NCBI GenBank assembly: GCA_040437565.1
Contig: JBDOQK010000012.1
Coordinates: 124,001-188,000 of the forward strand
From: Albugo candida
Taxonomy: Eukaryota
Length of the DNA stretch: 64,000 nucleotides
Direction of reading: 5' to 3'
Shown here piece by piece: positions 26,122 to 40,739 of the stretch. The notes beneath the pieces were generated by a model. The model had not been told where the DNA came from, did not search any database, and was given only the letters and a program-made list of their open reading frames with translations. The position numbers were made by a program, and so were the translations under genes. The first letter of the stretch is position 1; each line of letters begins with the position of its first letter.

Positions 26122-28739
26122 ATGACTCAGTCGATCAACATTAGCCGCTCTAGATCAATTCGGAATCTCGATAACGCTGAATTGGTCAGTAAAAATGGAA
26201 TTCGGGATGATCTCTGCTACTGACCGGTAATCATAGAAAAAACTTGTTGATGAACCAAATTCGAGCAAATATGTCATTGATGCCCACAATCGTGGCATTG
26301 AGAAACTTGTGGATTTCTCGCAAGTGAGTGAGAGAGTCCATTCAAGCATTCAAGGCTATTTGTCTTATCTCTCAACTCAGTTGCCAACACTGCATTCTTT
26401 GGACATCTCCTTCAATCTCATAGAATCACTAAGGAACCTCTCAACGGCTAAGGGATTACGTGAATTAAAGGCGTACAACAACCGAATAAAGTCGACAGAT
26501 CATCTTCGAGAGTTGAAAAAGCGCTTGGTTGTGGTTGATGGTTGCTAATTAGATTTTGTTCATAGAAACGTCCATCTCGAGAAGGTCTTGTTGACGGAGA
26601 ATCATATTGAAATCATTTCTACCGATTTTCAAGCACTAACAAAGCTCAAGATGCTTTATTTGAACCGAAACAACATCACAGCGGTGCAGAATATAATGAA
26701 TTGCCGCATGTTGCTGCATCTTGACCTAAGCTACAATCACTTGGCTGGAGCTGCCGCAGAGGTTTGTCTTTGGAACGTCAATATGTGTCCTAGCGATCAT
26801 CCTCATTCATACTTTTTATCAGGGGTTGAATGGTCTTATGAATTTGATATCTCTTGACTTGAGCCATAATTTACTAATCGAAGTCGGAAATCTTTCGCAC
26901 ATGGGCAAGCTTCAAGACTTGAATCTTTCGAATAATAAGCTGAGCTCACTCGAAGGATTGTACCCACCTAGTCTCCAGGTAATAGAACGCTCCGATGCTC
27001 TACCTTTCGTATATGCATTCAGTATCGCTGTCAGATTTTTCGAGCAGGTGGAAATCCCATACATAATCTCCATCACCTACCAACTATGTTGGAGCTTGAA
27101 GAATTATATATACAGAAGGCTTTGATCAGCCAGACAAGTACATTGCAAGTACTTCCTTCTTGCTGTCCAAAATTGGAGTCTCTCAATTTGAGCGAAAACA
27201 GGATCTCGTGTGGCAACGAATGGACCTTCGTGAAGCTGTTAACAGAATTGAAGGACCTATGGATACAGGGAAATCCATGCAGTATAGATGAGAATTGTTT
27301 GCGCTCTATTCTCGTGGCCAAGCCAGATCTGAGAACACTGAATGGCGTTAAGGATTCTGATTTGGACAATTTTGCTTCTAAAATCGTTGATGGAGACTTA
27401 TCAGCTTTAGTAAACGCTTGCAACATCACTGTCGATTCGGCAACCTCCGACGGGATAAATGTACGAGCAAGTGACCGAATCAGATCACNNNNNNNNNNNN
27501 NNNNNNNNNNNNNNNNNNNNNNNNNNNNNNNNNNNNNNNNNNNNNNNNNNNNNNNNNNNNNNNNNNNNNNNNNNNNNNNNNNNNNNNNCTTGCTGTCCAA
27601 AATTGGAGTCTCTCAATTTGAGCGAAAACAGGATCTCGTGTGGCAACGAATGGACCTTCGTGAAGCTGTTAACAGAATTGAAGGACCTATGGATACAGGG
27701 AAATCCATGCAGTATAGATGAGAATTGTTTGCGCTCTATTCTCGTGGCCAAGCCAGATCTGAGAACACTGAATGGCGTTAAGGATTCTGATTTGGACAAT
27801 TTTGCTTCTAAAATCGTTGATGGAGACTTATCAGCTTTAGTAAACGCTTGCACATCACTGTCGATTCGGCAACCTCCGACGGGATAAATGTACGAGCAAG
27901 TGACCGAATCAGATCACGAAATAATGAAAAGCAGCATTCTATGGGAAATACAGGCAATCATTCGATTCCCGTCTTCCATCAAACATCGAATAGGATCGGT
28001 ATGAATTGCACAATTCCTACCAGCATTTCTGAATTGGATCTTGTACGTAGGGCTGCTGGAAAAGATTCAAAATTCAGATGAAATTGTAGAATCCGAAAGG
28101 AAATTAAGAAAGGCTCTGCAGCACACTAAGGCTTTGCTAGGATCAAGTAACGATAAAACTCGTCATGATAAGATGAGGTTAGCAGATCAAGGTCAGGAAT
28201 ATAAGTCTCGCAATTCCAACGACGAGACACTCAGGATGAACTCTAAATGTGTCACAAATTCAACGCAATCCGGAATTTCCAAATGTAAATCTTTTTCAGA
28301 TATGGGTACTGGAACCACTCGTGGCTTTATCGCACCGTATCCTGCTGTTCAAGTCGAAAAAAGATCAACTGAAACAGAGACCAGCAAGTCTCTCTTAGAA
28401 TCTGTATTTTCATTTGCAAAACCTTCTTCGAGTGAATCCGATACATGGTCACAATTGAAGGCTTTAGACCAAGCTATTCTATCACGAAGCATCAGCAATC
28501 AGGACATGGGATCCGTGATACTCACGGATCACAAGACGTCGAAAGAGTCCGTTAAGCAAAGTTTGATCCATCACTTTATGGAATGTCCAGAGTGTATGGA
28601 TGAGGGTTTCGAGTATTCTACTCGGCTAAAGATGCCACTATATTCTGACAAACGTCATCTGCCTCCCCCTCGATCTCGTAAAGGCTTCCGCCGATTCAAA
28701 ATCCCTGAGCGTTCTAATCAGGAGATTCCAAAGCAGTAA
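26122..28739 (+). CDS. SDS22-type leucine-rich repeat protein, multi-exon
   Basis: Repeated LxxLxLSxNxI/L (LHSLDISFNLI, LLHLDLSYNHL, LISLDLSHNLL, LESLNLSENRI), LRR cap LWIQGNPC..LRTLNG; start inferred from splice pattern. Confidence 0.75.
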
Positions 28740-29623
28740 TAGCACAAAGTTCGCTCACTTGTATCCCTACAGGCATAAAAGCAATTCTTTTTCATGCTAG
28801 TTGATCATTCCCACTTAATAGCGTTTTCTCTGGTCATTTTCTGCACCGTATGCTACACCAGATTTACGTTCAGACACAAGCGGTCGTATAAAAGTGTCTT
28901 TACCGTAAAACGGGNNNNNNNNNNNNNNNNNNNNNNNNNNNNNNNNNNNNNNNNNNNNNNNNNNNNNNNNNNNNNNNNNNNNNNNNNNNNNNNNNNNNNN
29001 NNNNNNNNNNNNNNCTTTACCGTAAAACGGGTACAAGTGCACTTTGAGCTTTTCGTGTGAAAGGTCAATGTGTAAGTGAAGTGTCTGCCCAACGGAATCA
29101 TTTAGCTGGATAAACGTAATGCACTTTTATTCTATGCTTCGATGCGAGTTCGAAGCGCAGTGTGACCATCTATCTATACGGTAGTCGCATAAAGGATCAA
29201 TCTTTGAGACGAGCGATTCTTAGATATACCAGCAGTGCTTCAAATTCCATCGACCTTGTCAAATGCAGACAAATTTCAGGAATGTGACATTCACGTAACA
29301 AGTGCGAAAACAAAGTAACACGTCTTTCATTGCGCTTTTGTCAACTATCGTCGCAAAATTATAGGCGATGCTCTTCTATCAGTCATATTACTATGACTAC
29401 AGACCCACTGGTCTTTCGTCTCGCTTTGAAACGAGAAGAAACCAGATTTGTCGTGTTGCACGGTGTCTGACCACTTATGGGTCGGTGTAGCCAAGATCTG
29501 GGCTTCTTGATACAAGCAAGTGGCGGGTAAAAATCCTTTGATTATCGAAAATCGTGCGCTGGTAAGGTCGTTGAGCATTCAATATTATCTTGCTCGATAA
29601 GACGACAATGCTTGACTGATTCC

Positions 29624-32021
29624 TTATTGTGTTCTGTTTTGCCGAGAAGATGCGCGGGCAGAGTGAAATATACCTGGTTCAGGTATGACAATGGCTGGGT
29701 CGTAGAATGGAGCAGAATGCGGTTCACGATTTACACGATCCGCCCATACGTTCTCTGGTAAAGTTCTCCCAGAATACTGAGTTTGATGGATCGTTGAGCT
29801 ATCCCTTCGCGAAAAAGTGGCCGAATCGGCTGGTACACCATACTCTCCACCAAAGCTGATGTTGACGTTCGGCAGCATCAGTTGGAGATACGCGAGACCA
29901 TCGTCACGACCACTATCTGAACTGCTATTGGCATGATTATTCTGGAATGTGTCTGCATTTCGGTAGCTTGATGTATCCAGAGTGCTGCCATTTCCTTCGC
30001 CAAGAAATTGAGAAGGCACGTCAAGTGGATGGTCTTTGAGTGGATTCACATTCATATCAACCAGTGTGTTGTTCTGCGGTGGGAATCCTGTTACCGTTTT
30101 GGAAGGTTGATTTGCAAAGGCGAACCGTGAAGTTTGTACTGTGTTGGTTGACTCAGTGCTGGGTCCGTGATGTAATGGCCTTGGACATAATTTGACACCC
30201 AGAAGACTAGCGAGAGCTTCTGAGGACTCATTTCTTTCATTGAAGATAGCATCGATAGACGCAAAGGATGATGTCGTGCAAGGAATCTGCAAAGATGTAG
30301 ATGCCAGCGTAGAAGACGAAGAATAATCGCCTAGGGTAGTCTTCAGTGGTCTCAACAAGCTGGATGCGGTATCACTAGATGGTGCTTCCCAGGTAGTTTG
30401 GTCGAGTTCACTGTGTACAAGTGTATTTGTTTCTTTTCCAGCAAGACCGAAAGCTGTCGTCATAGTTGCTGCATTGATTTCGTCAGAATCTGTTGGTGGT
30501 ATGACCAAACCTGCTGAGAAGGGTCGACTCCATGCTGCCCTTGTTGAATTATCGTCTGTAACACGTTTCCGCCTTTCAAGTGGACTAATATTCTGGTCGC
30601 TGATACCATTTGAGAAGCCTTGTGCGCTTGTGTGAGTAGCAAGTGATCGTTCTGGGGACACAGCCGTTGCTCCAGCGATAATCGTGCTGTACGGTTGAGC
30701 TCTTTTACGACTCGGTGATGACGGATTTTTATTGACAGCTCGAAAAACAAACTTCTCTTGATTGGATCGTTTCAACTTTGTAATTGCTGCCGCACTCTGA
30801 GCCTTTCTTTGGGCGTTGAGCGTAACATGACCCGACTCATTTGTGCGATGGCTTTCAATGGCATGTCTTGCCCTCTCAATCGCCAGAACGGGGCTATTTT
30901 CTCGAGATGTTGATCGATCCGAGGGCGGTGGAAGGGATTTGCCTGCTCGTTGCTCTGTCGATGAACTGCCAGGGGCTGTTGCGTCTCGAAATGTTCCTCT
31001 CCCTGCGTGGAGTACTGAACAAAAACTTGAGTAGTCAGATACCATATATCTAAAAAAAATTACGTGTCCCCACCTGCGTGCATTTCTTCTTTTGTAAAGC
31101 TGTCATTTTCGTCCCCAAGCTCGTGTAGGTATAAACATTCTGAGTTGGTGCATTGTGCATTCCTGAGGAAGAAGTTGCAATATTTTGTTGTTCCAAAAGA
31201 GGCTCTGTAATTGTGTAATTAGTAAACTTTCATGGCTCCAGTCTCTATACTTTGACTTACCTTAATGGGCTGCCGTCCAAGAGGTAACCATCGACGACGT
31301 GTATACACGACAGAGCGTCTTCCTTCTCAGAAAACGTGATGTACGCACTGACAGTCGTACGTTGTCGGTCCAAATGCAAGTGTGACTTATTTACGACAGC
31401 TTTGATGATTCGTCCATACTGTCCAAACAATTCTTGTGATCGCAGTTTCTGTCTCAGAAGCAAAATGTTGGATTTGAGCGAAGCGCTCAAAAGACTCTCA
31501 AGCATACCTCTTCATCTGCAAAATGCTCTGGTAATCCAATCACATATACTAAATTCCGCTGCATCACACGGATATCTGCTAGGGCTCTATTGTTTACCAT
31601 CGGAGCTGTTTTGGACACTGTTACTACAGATCTTCTATCAACCTTTTCTTTCTGCTTTTTCGCTTTTGCTTTAATGTTGAGAGTTCTAGAAAATCAAATG
31701 ATAAGATCAGTGACATTATTCACAGTACTCTGACGATACAAAACGTACTCTTCTCGGTCACTACGAAGTCGCATCTGTTTTGGTGCTTCCAAATACGGCT
31801 TACGACATGCAGGACAAAGCCCATTGTATTCATTTTTGATCTGATGCCAGCACCACAAACAGACCTTCAATCAAAAATCAGAATACAATCCAATTGTTTG
31901 ATTTATTAGGAATTCCATTGTATACCTGGTAGCCACAAGCACAGGAATTGAATGTTTTGTCGGTCATGTCGAGTTCTTCCATACACAAAGGACAGCATTC
32001 ATTATCTTCGCCTTCGGCCAT
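29624..32021 (-). CDS. CNOT4: CCR4-NOT E3 ligase subunit NOT4 (RING-RRM-ZnF), multi-exon
   Basis: CPLCMEELDMTDKTFNSCACGYQ/VCLWCWHQIKNEYNGLCPACRKPY; RRM FGQYGRIIK..SAYITF; ASFGTTKYCNFFLRNAQCTNSECLYLHELG; 3' end uncertain. Confidence 0.92.
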
Positions 32022-32505
32022 TAGAGAGAAACTGCTTGATAAATTATGGACTAAAATTGTTCGATTTCACAATCGGATGGATGCATTTGCTACTGATAGA
32101 TAGATAAACATACCTGGAATATTCGGGTCGCAGTCGTTGCAAAAGCGAGAAATGTTACAAATATGATGTATGGAGTCAAGGTCGCCTTCGAATTTACAAA
32201 ACAAGAAGAGACTTCATTAGTAATTACAAAAGTGGGTTTGTATGGTTATCAGTGGTTGTAGTCGACCAGCAAAGGCAAAAGCTGTTTTAGTCAAAACACG
32301 ATTATAGTTTTTATGTAGAGTTCATGCATGAAAGAGTAATGCGGGAGTGGTGCATTACGTGCAGAGATTCCGTTGGGTGGAAGTGGGTGCGGGAGCGAGC
32401 ATCAAGCGCAGAAAATGATCGGCGTGTACGGCACGAAAGCCGTAGCCTTAAAGTATCGTATTAAACAAATGTACAAACGCTTTTGCAGTGAAAATTGATT
32501 GTAGT

Positions 32506-33305
32506 CTATTTTGTCCCTTGGATTGTTACCACTATTTTGCGTTCATGTCCACCTCCATAGCCTCCTGCATTACGATGCTCGCATAAGTATAATCCTTCAT
32601 CAATTACGCAAACAGAATTGTCAAAATAAAGTGCTTTGGAGCTGTAACGTCGAGTCAAAATACCTTGCCATGTGCCCAGATTGAATTTCCCCTTTGTAAT
32701 TGGCACATTGATAGATGAACCGATCATGGTGCATTTTACATGTGCAGGCATATCATCTATAATGTATAATGCCTCATTGGTGACGGAGAAGCACGTAAAT
32801 AAGTTGGGTACCATCTCCTTCCATTGTGTGCTTGAAGATGTCACTTCAAACAAATGATGTAAAGGAATGTCGCTGGGTGGAATCTGGTACCTACCGATTC
32901 CAAGCTTCGGGAACTATCCGGTTAAATGCCTTCTCCAAATCATCTCTATCAGTTTGAATGTCTCGACTTGCGATTGTATATTTGGCATTAGTTTACTCAC
33001 CTAACGTCGGGGTCGCAATTCTCATTGATTGAAAGAGACGCCGACGTGTGCTTGATAAACAAGTTGCATAATCCGATGTTGATTCCGTGTAGCTCTGGAA
33101 GCTACTTACTAGCTTTAGCTGATAAAGTCAAGCTCTTGATCAAGGGTTTACCTGTCGTTCGATCTCGCTTGTAACCACTTCCACCATTCGTTGATGCAAA
33201 TTTAGCATGATGAGTGAGACAAATTCAGAAGATCTCTCCAAGCTTCGACTTACGGTGAAAACCTCGAGAAGGTGCTGTCAATCGTATCTCCTTCTGTAAC
33301 CACAT
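32506..33305 (-). CDS. UPF0047/YjbQ-family protein, intron-rich
   Basis: MWLQKEIRLTAPSRGFH, NLFIKHTSASLSINENCDPDV, DDMPAHVKCTMIGSS, LGTWQG, YLCEHR, RKIVVTIQG. Confidence 0.88.
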
Positions 33306-33816
33306 AGAGGTCAGTCTTACGGTTAGAAAATGTCAAATTTGACCGCTATCAAACAAGAAATTACGACACGCATGCTACGACTGGTAAGTTTAGACAGGCT
33401 TCTGAAACTCGAGCTACTTTCTAGGCTTTTCTTGTGTACGTGAGTGCCAACTTAATCTAGCATAGCCGGAGCATTCTAATGTATGCAGGAAGTTTTGATT
33501 TGGTTACGAGCTATTCTGCAGAATTTCGAAATCAGCAGGTAAAGTGCGAATCGCAAAGATTGCAGGATTCTTAGCTACAAAAAATACTGTCAAATTATTT
33601 GAGAGAACTTGGTTTTGTGACACATACTAGTCGATCACTAGGAATCATTTCGCCAGCTAATCTGGTCTTCATTTTACTCTATAGTGTGCAGCACACCAAA
33701 TAGCTGTATCAGTATCCATTGCCAGAAGACTTGTGGAATCTGAAGCGTAAACTCATTTGATACGTTGCGTCTGTCGTTCGTGCACGAGAGGCATGCATCA
33801 AAATAGATCAAATGAG

Positions 33817-35395
33817 ATGACGTCATGGAGCTATTCAGGGACAGATAATATACAAAACCATATTGTCACAATAAAGCAAATGAATGCGTTTGGGATGCGA
33901 AATATATCACTGCAAGGTCCGTCAAATGGAATTTTATTGGATTTATATTTCAGAATAAGTATGTAATAGCAAGAATAGAGGTTTTGATAGCTCGCTCATT
34001 TCTTTATCATGCAGCTGTAGGAAATCACGTGATTTATAAAAGTGAGTTAGCCACGAGTACCTTGAATCCAGTATGGGTTCCATTTCAGTTGGAGGAAGTA
34101 CTAACAAATGGATTGATGACTTGTCCAGGAACGTGCTTTACGATATATGTCATACGCGTTCATGAAAGACTTGTTATGCCAACTCGAAGGAAAAATAGAA
34201 ATTCTTGCACAACACCAACTGAAAATCCCGATGTAGCTATCACTACTAATAAAAAAGTCCGACTGAAAGCAAGAACAATGCGATACGAAACAGAGTTATT
34301 TCGATTTCAGTTCAGCGTCAACGACCTAATCGTTCTTCCGAGAAGTCTGGTAGAATTATCGAGCTTACCATTCAACACTTGTTTATTCGAATTTAATCGG
34401 CGAATTTACGTAAAACGAGACCTCTTGGAATTCCTCAAAGAAGCAGGCCTGGTTTCAAAAAAGTTGTTTCGCCGGGAATCCTTTATGGTACCAATCAAAC
34501 AATATGATATAATGCAAGGATTGGAATCATTGGAAAAAGTTATCCATCTCCTGCATACTTTATCGCAATCCCAGGTGAAAACAAGTGTATACCAAGAGAA
34601 AGCTTCACAGCTGATCAAAGATCGAGAAAGTCAACTGCTTATGCAACAGCGAAAACTGGTATTACAAAAACGAATCAGCGAATTAAAAATAAAGAGAGAA
34701 GTTCAACATGAGTTGTTGAGATCTTTACGAACTGTTGTGATGCATGAGCAAAAGCTCTTCAGTTCTGGGATTCCGATTCCGAGAGCATTATTACTAACAA
34801 TGCGAATGAATATACGCTGCAAAGACGAAAAAAGTGGTCTTCTCAGCCGTCGATATGATGTCTTGCGTACGGCCTTCAAAATTCGTTATCGACAAGCAGA
34901 ACTCGTGAAAGCTCTGCTTTTCATATACCCGATAAAATACATTGGATCTGGCGAGTACACCATCCGAAACATCCGGATCGCCAACGCAGATTTATCTAGT
35001 AATGGGAAAACAGACGAAGAATCCGTATCCACAGCACTAGGATTTGTGGCGCATTTGGTTTTTATGCTGAGTAAATACTTTGATTTGAATCTTCGATATC
35101 GAATTGTACCATTTTCGTCTCGCTCATATATAAAAGACGAAGTGAACGACTTATTTGGTGAATATCCATTGTATAGAAAAGGGGTTGATAAGGATCGATA
35201 CGAACGAGCAATTTTGTACTTGCGCAAAGATGTGGAGCAGGTGATCATCTATTTCGCAATTTGGTAGCAGTCATTTTGACCATTCTTCTGTAGATTATAT
35301 TTTCTCGTGGGCTGAAAGCTATGCAGCAAGGACCTATTTTTTCTCAGTTGAAAGATCTGATTGACGCTGAACTCTCATGGACATCCGCGTCGTGA
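33817..35395 (+). CDS. UVRAG: UVRAG/Vps38-like PI3K complex II subunit
   Basis: C2-like IYKSE...LNPVW, long coiled coil, STALGFVAHLVFMLSKYFDLNLRY, YPLY...YERAILYLRKDVEQ; start inferred. Confidence 0.75.
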
Positions 35396-35504
35396 AAATT
35401 AACATCTGCGATGTAATTTACACGCATTTTGATGTCATCGCGGCGCGTATTTAATTGAAAAGTTAAAAATAAAGTGGATACATTATATTAGCGAGGGAGA
35501 AATC

Positions 35505-36532
35505 ATGGCAGCGGAAGGATACGATCGTCATATTACAATCTTTTCTCCAGAGGGAAGGCTGTATCAAATCGGTTAGTCTCAGCATAGTAAGGAGTCATCT
35601 GCTTATATATAATAGAAATTTGTGGGTGTTAGAGTATGCTTTCAAAGCTGTTCAAGGAAGCGGTTTAACTTCAGTTGCCGTGCGCGGGATCGACAGTTGT
35701 GTCTTTGTCACTCAGAAAAAAGTTCAGGTTGCGTATCCGCGTGCAAAATCTGTTCAAATATCCTAACAAATGCGGTGGAACAGGACAAGCTGATTGATCC
35801 GGAATCAGTGACACACATTTTCCAAATCACCGCGGAGATTGGTTGTTTGATGACAGGAATGTATGGTAGGAATGCATCGAGTTTTTCAAGCGGTATTGAA
35901 AAGAATTCATTATCACACACGCAGCCGATGCCAAAGCTCAGGTGCAGCGTCTTCGCTACGAAGCGAATGAGTTTGCATTTAAATTCGGATACCCCGTACC
36001 GTGCTATGTTTTGGCAAAGCGAGCTGCAGATATCGCACAGGTTTAGCAAGTCTTTCCATTCTTTATACATTTACGCTTTTGACCAAGGTGTGATGGGATG
36101 CAGGTGTATACGCAGCATGCATCCATGAGAGCTTTTGGAGTGGTTACAATGCTTATTGGGATCGATGATGAAAAGGGTCCTCAACTGTACAAAATTGATC
36201 CTGCGGGGCATTTTTGGGGTTATAAAGCAACATCAGCCGGTAAAAACGAACAACAAGCGCTAAATTACTTGGAGAAAAAAGTTAAGGCGAATCCAAAGAT
36301 GGACTATACGGCCACGTTGCATGCTGCCATCACTTGTCTTCAGTCGATTTTATCCGCTGATTTCCGCTCGAATGAAATCGAAGTGGGGGTGGCTAGAACA
36401 GGCGAACGGTAGGAACTTGGCTCAGATTATATCGTATGCAAAGATTTTCATGAATGCTGTTCATGCAGATTTAAGAAGCTCTCAGAAGAAGAAATTGACG
36501 CACATCTGACAGCAGTAAGCGAACGTGATTAA
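35505..36532 (+). CDS. PSMA6: 20S proteasome subunit alpha type-6 (alpha1), multi-exon
   Basis: [58 protein letters not shown]. Confidence 0.96.
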
Positions 36533-36733
36533 AAGTATTGTTTTATTGCTTCAAAACTTGAAAATATGAACCTCATGCAATACTGAACCGTACGAATTCA
36601 CGTCTACTGTCTTCATTTGGTACGCACTTTGCTTCATTTGCACGACTTGGCCACGGACACTAAGTGAGGTATCGGCAGTAACAACACAATAAATACTTGG
36701 CCTTATACCATTTCGCAGTAAACATGGTCTGAA

Positions 36734-39700
36734 TCAAGGTCCTTTGCCTTTTGTGTTTTTCATATCAACGTCTCGTTGTGGATTTCGAAAGCGGCATGTA
36801 ATTGATGTCGACTTTTGTTTCGATGGTTTGGTCGATCCTGAACGATTCGAAGACGGTAGTGAGTCTGTGGCGCTCCCATGAGCAGAGTTTGTCGATGAAG
36901 TGCGTGAGATTGAAGGTATTGTCGAGTTGAAATTCACTTTGATTTGCCGCACAGGATTTCCAAGCTCACAATGATTGACTTGCTGAGCAAAGCGAAGGCT
37001 GCAAAGAGATTCTTCCAGAGACACAAAAGTTGGTGACAAGTTGACCATCATCAGAGTCTTCCCGTCTGACGATAGCGATGGCTGTAAGACGTACGTGAGT
37101 TTACTATTTCGATACGGTACATGTGGAGATTTCTTTGCGAGAGCTTGGAAAACATCCGCAAGACTACTGAGGCTTTTATTGATGGCTTGAGCTTCCTTCA
37201 TACGATCTCCAGTCACGTTAGACCGACTCAAACGTTCACTTCCTGCAAGATCAACGAGACTCAAACTTCCTTCAATCTCTGTGCTCTGTGATTCATTCGT
37301 TCCACGAAGCATTAGCAAGAAAATGCTATGGCTGCGTGAGGACTGTGCATTCATATCCGTTCTCTCTACGGATCGATTGCATGCAGCCAGCTTGACGATT
37401 TCATCCAACTGCTCATGTGCCATATTGACGTCGATTTCTTTTGTGACCAGACCTTCCACATAGTTTTTGCCTTTCTTGGTAGTGCGAATTTGATACTTTC
37501 GACTGCATGAAGACCCAGCTTTGGCATCCAGCAGTAGATCTTTGATCGTATCATTGTAAATCTCAAAGTATTGCACGTATAGCGAGTATACCCAGCCTTG
37601 GAGCGTTAAATTTTCGCAGCTTTGGATGATCTATCGGGACAACGTTAGAACGTGTAAGACCTTGACCACGCCTGATTTCGCCTACCAATTCAATGGAGCG
37701 CGGGATGATTCCTCGCATTTGAGTCTTCCCGCTTCCTTGCATCTATACCAAATTGTCAGCACAAGTCAAATCGTTGTAGAATGTAGACCGACCGTATGAG
37801 TCTTTCCTGAGCCAGTTTGCCCATAGGCCAATATGCAAACATTGTAGCCGTCAACAGCCGATTGTATAAAGTCAGATACATCCTAACAAGAGCGCCTCGG
37901 ATAAGTAGGAGCATATGATTTCGTTAGAAGAGGGCCATACCTGGAAGACGCATTCTTGTGTGCTGGATTGATCGTACACCTTGTCAAATGAAAAGGGTCT
38001 TTGATTTTCTCGTGAAGCCGACATCGTGGAGTTGTGCACGTCACAAATCAGAGCTGGGGCGGTATTCTCTTGTGACATTGCGCCATCAGAGGGTAGAAAT
38101 GGTCGTAGTCTGACATGCACACGAATGTTCCCACGTAGTTCTTGGATCGTATTCCGTAATTTACGGCATGATAGCTCGCTTTCTAACACTTGTTTCTCCA
38201 ACACGTTGATCTTTCCAGATTTTGCGTCGAGATCGGCTCGTAAAATTAGTAATTCTTTCGCCATCTCTTCAATTTGTTGAGTGGTTTTTGTAGATTTCTC
38301 TGATATCGGCAAGGGAACCATTGAAGCTTCTTGATTCTGCTCAGGGTTCTCTTGATCGTTCATCATTATGCGTGACTGCTGTATGAGGCGATTATGATTT
38401 CGTAGCTGACTGACTTCTTTCAACAAACACTCATGCTTTTGTTCGAACCGTATTCTTAACTCTTCCATTCTTGCCTCGTGGGTTGTCTGAAGCGCGACCA
38501 TCTGAGCATATAAAGCTGTGTTCTCCACGGTAAGTTGCTCGACACTGACTTGGAATTTCTCGCGACGTGCTTTCTCATTTTCAAATTTCTGTTCCATCGC
38601 AGTAAAAGTTTCATGTTCGACAGTGTGGCTCGTGTCCAAATCCTGCAAACTTTTGACAAGAGTACTGTTTTCTTGCCTCACATCTTTGTTTTCAAGCTGC
38701 AGCGAGTCAATCCGTTCATTCAACTTTGTGATCGTCTGCTTCGATTGAGCGACTTCTTCAGCTAGTATTCGATTGTGCTTAGCAAGATCGGTTGTCTTCT
38801 GCCAAAATGTTGCAGCATTGGTCGTCAATTCCTGATCGAATGCTTGAAGGTGAGATCGTACAAGATTCAATTCTTTGTGAGCTGCATCGAGATCAATGTC
38901 CGCATGACGTTTCTGCATCTCCAATTTTCCACACTCTTCTCTCAGCTCCTTGATACTAGCGTCTTTCTCGTGGAGTAACTCACTGACCAATTTGGTAGAA
39001 TTAGTCATAGTTTGTTTGGCACGTTCACGTTCTTGTGTCAGTGCGTTTTGATGTTCCGCTTGAATTTTGTCAAAGCGAGTCTTCCAAGTCTTTTCAATTT
39101 GATCGGTAGCTTGCTTCATGAGTTGGTCCACTGATGCAGCCAAGGTCGATTCAACATCACCAGTCTCTGGAGACGAGGTGCCTGATGACGATTGAAGTCG
39201 CCCGTGTCCATTTTGAGAGATGACGCGTTTCTTTGTTTGATTCGAAGTTGTAGCCCCTTCTCCTTTGACCGTATGATCCTCTCTCTTGACGTTGTGTATC
39301 TTACTTTCCATCCCTTCACCTTCTTTGATTGTATGCATTTGTTGACTGGCTCGAAGCTGTGACTCGCAAATCTCCGTGAGTTTCCCGCAGTGTCTTGTGA
39401 GTTGCCATAATCCACCACGTAGTTTGCGTACTTCTACTTGCTGTTTCTGACGTAAAAATGCAATCAAAGATGTAGTAGACTTGAGTAAATCCGCAACTTC
39501 ACTTTCGGCAATCTTTTGCTTGAAAAGAAGTGAGTCAATTGTTATAATTTCGTTCGACGTTTTGTTATTTTCGTATGATGGCCACAATTTGTCGATCAAG
39601 AAACGCTCGGATGAGGTCGAACTGTCATTTTGCATGGAAGAACAGGAGAGTTTCGATCGGGTTTGATTTTCTTTGATGCCTTTTGAGCCGTTATAATTGC

Positions 39701-40606
39701 CCAAAGACTGAATTCTGACAGGTCCATTGATCTTCTGTGGTAATATCTGATCATGAGAGCGAATACGTCGATGTGTTGGCGTCGAGTGACGTGTCATCTC
39801 ACCGAGCGGAATTGAAGGATTTTCGGTTATGAGTCCGTTTCTTTTTGCCTTTGGTCCTGACGAAAGTATTGATCTACAGTTCTTACTTGTTCTCTGTGGT
39901 TTGTTACATGTAGCGTCCTGATTTGACGCGATCTTTCTACGTGTTGACAAACAGGAATCTCTTGACGTCGATGACGCTACTTTGGAGTGCTTTTCTATTT
40001 GTTTGACATTAGCAATAGCGTATTCCGGTATTTTATGCTCATTATTAGGCTGTGCAGTGCCATATACAGCTATTTGTTCGGTCAAATGTCCTTTCATCGC
40101 GATTAGAGGANNNNNNNNNNNNNNNNNNNNNNNNNNNNNNNNNNNNNNNNNNNNNNNNNNNNNNNNNNNNNNNNNNNNNNNNNNNNNNNNNNNNNNNNNN
40201 NNNNNNNNNNTGGTTTGTTACATGTAGCGTCCTGATTTGACGCGATCTTTCTACGTGTTGACAAACAGGAATCTCTTGACGTCGATGACGCTACTTTGGA
40301 GTGCTTTTCTATTTGTTTGACATTAGCAATAGCGTATTCCGGTATTTTATGCTCATTATTAGGCTGTGCAGTGCCATATACAGCTATTTGTTCGGTCAAA
40401 TGTCCTTTCATCGCGATTAGAGGAGCACAGTGATGTTGATCCTCTAAGGCAGCAGAGCCCAAACTACTCGTAAATGTACTCACGGATTCAGATCCAGAGG
40501 AGCTGAGTGATTCAGATCGAATCTTTCGTGATATGTCGGTTTCGAAATTGGTCTTTAAGGATACGCTGCTTCGCTTCGGTGATGCCAGACGTGAATTGAG
40601 TTGCAT
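36734..40606 (-). CDS. Kinesin-14 (C-terminal motor, Kar3/Ncd/KIFC1-like), multi-exon
   Basis: Coiled coil then neck [59 protein letters not shown]. Confidence 0.95.
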
Positions 40607-40739
40607 ACTTTTCTTTTGGTCGTTATCCCGAGGAAAGTGTGTCCTTATTGCGAGGATGTTACTATCGAAGGTGTAGACGGTACATATAGGAAGTAGTCAT
40701 TTACATCCAATTAAAAGCTCTCAAGCAATTACATACAAA

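Noticed and set aside
32427-32444. Hairpin TACGGC-ACGAAA-GCCGTA near YjbQ 3' end as terminator or riboswitch
   Set aside because: Only a 6-bp stem, expected by chance; no TPP-riboswitch core motifs seen.
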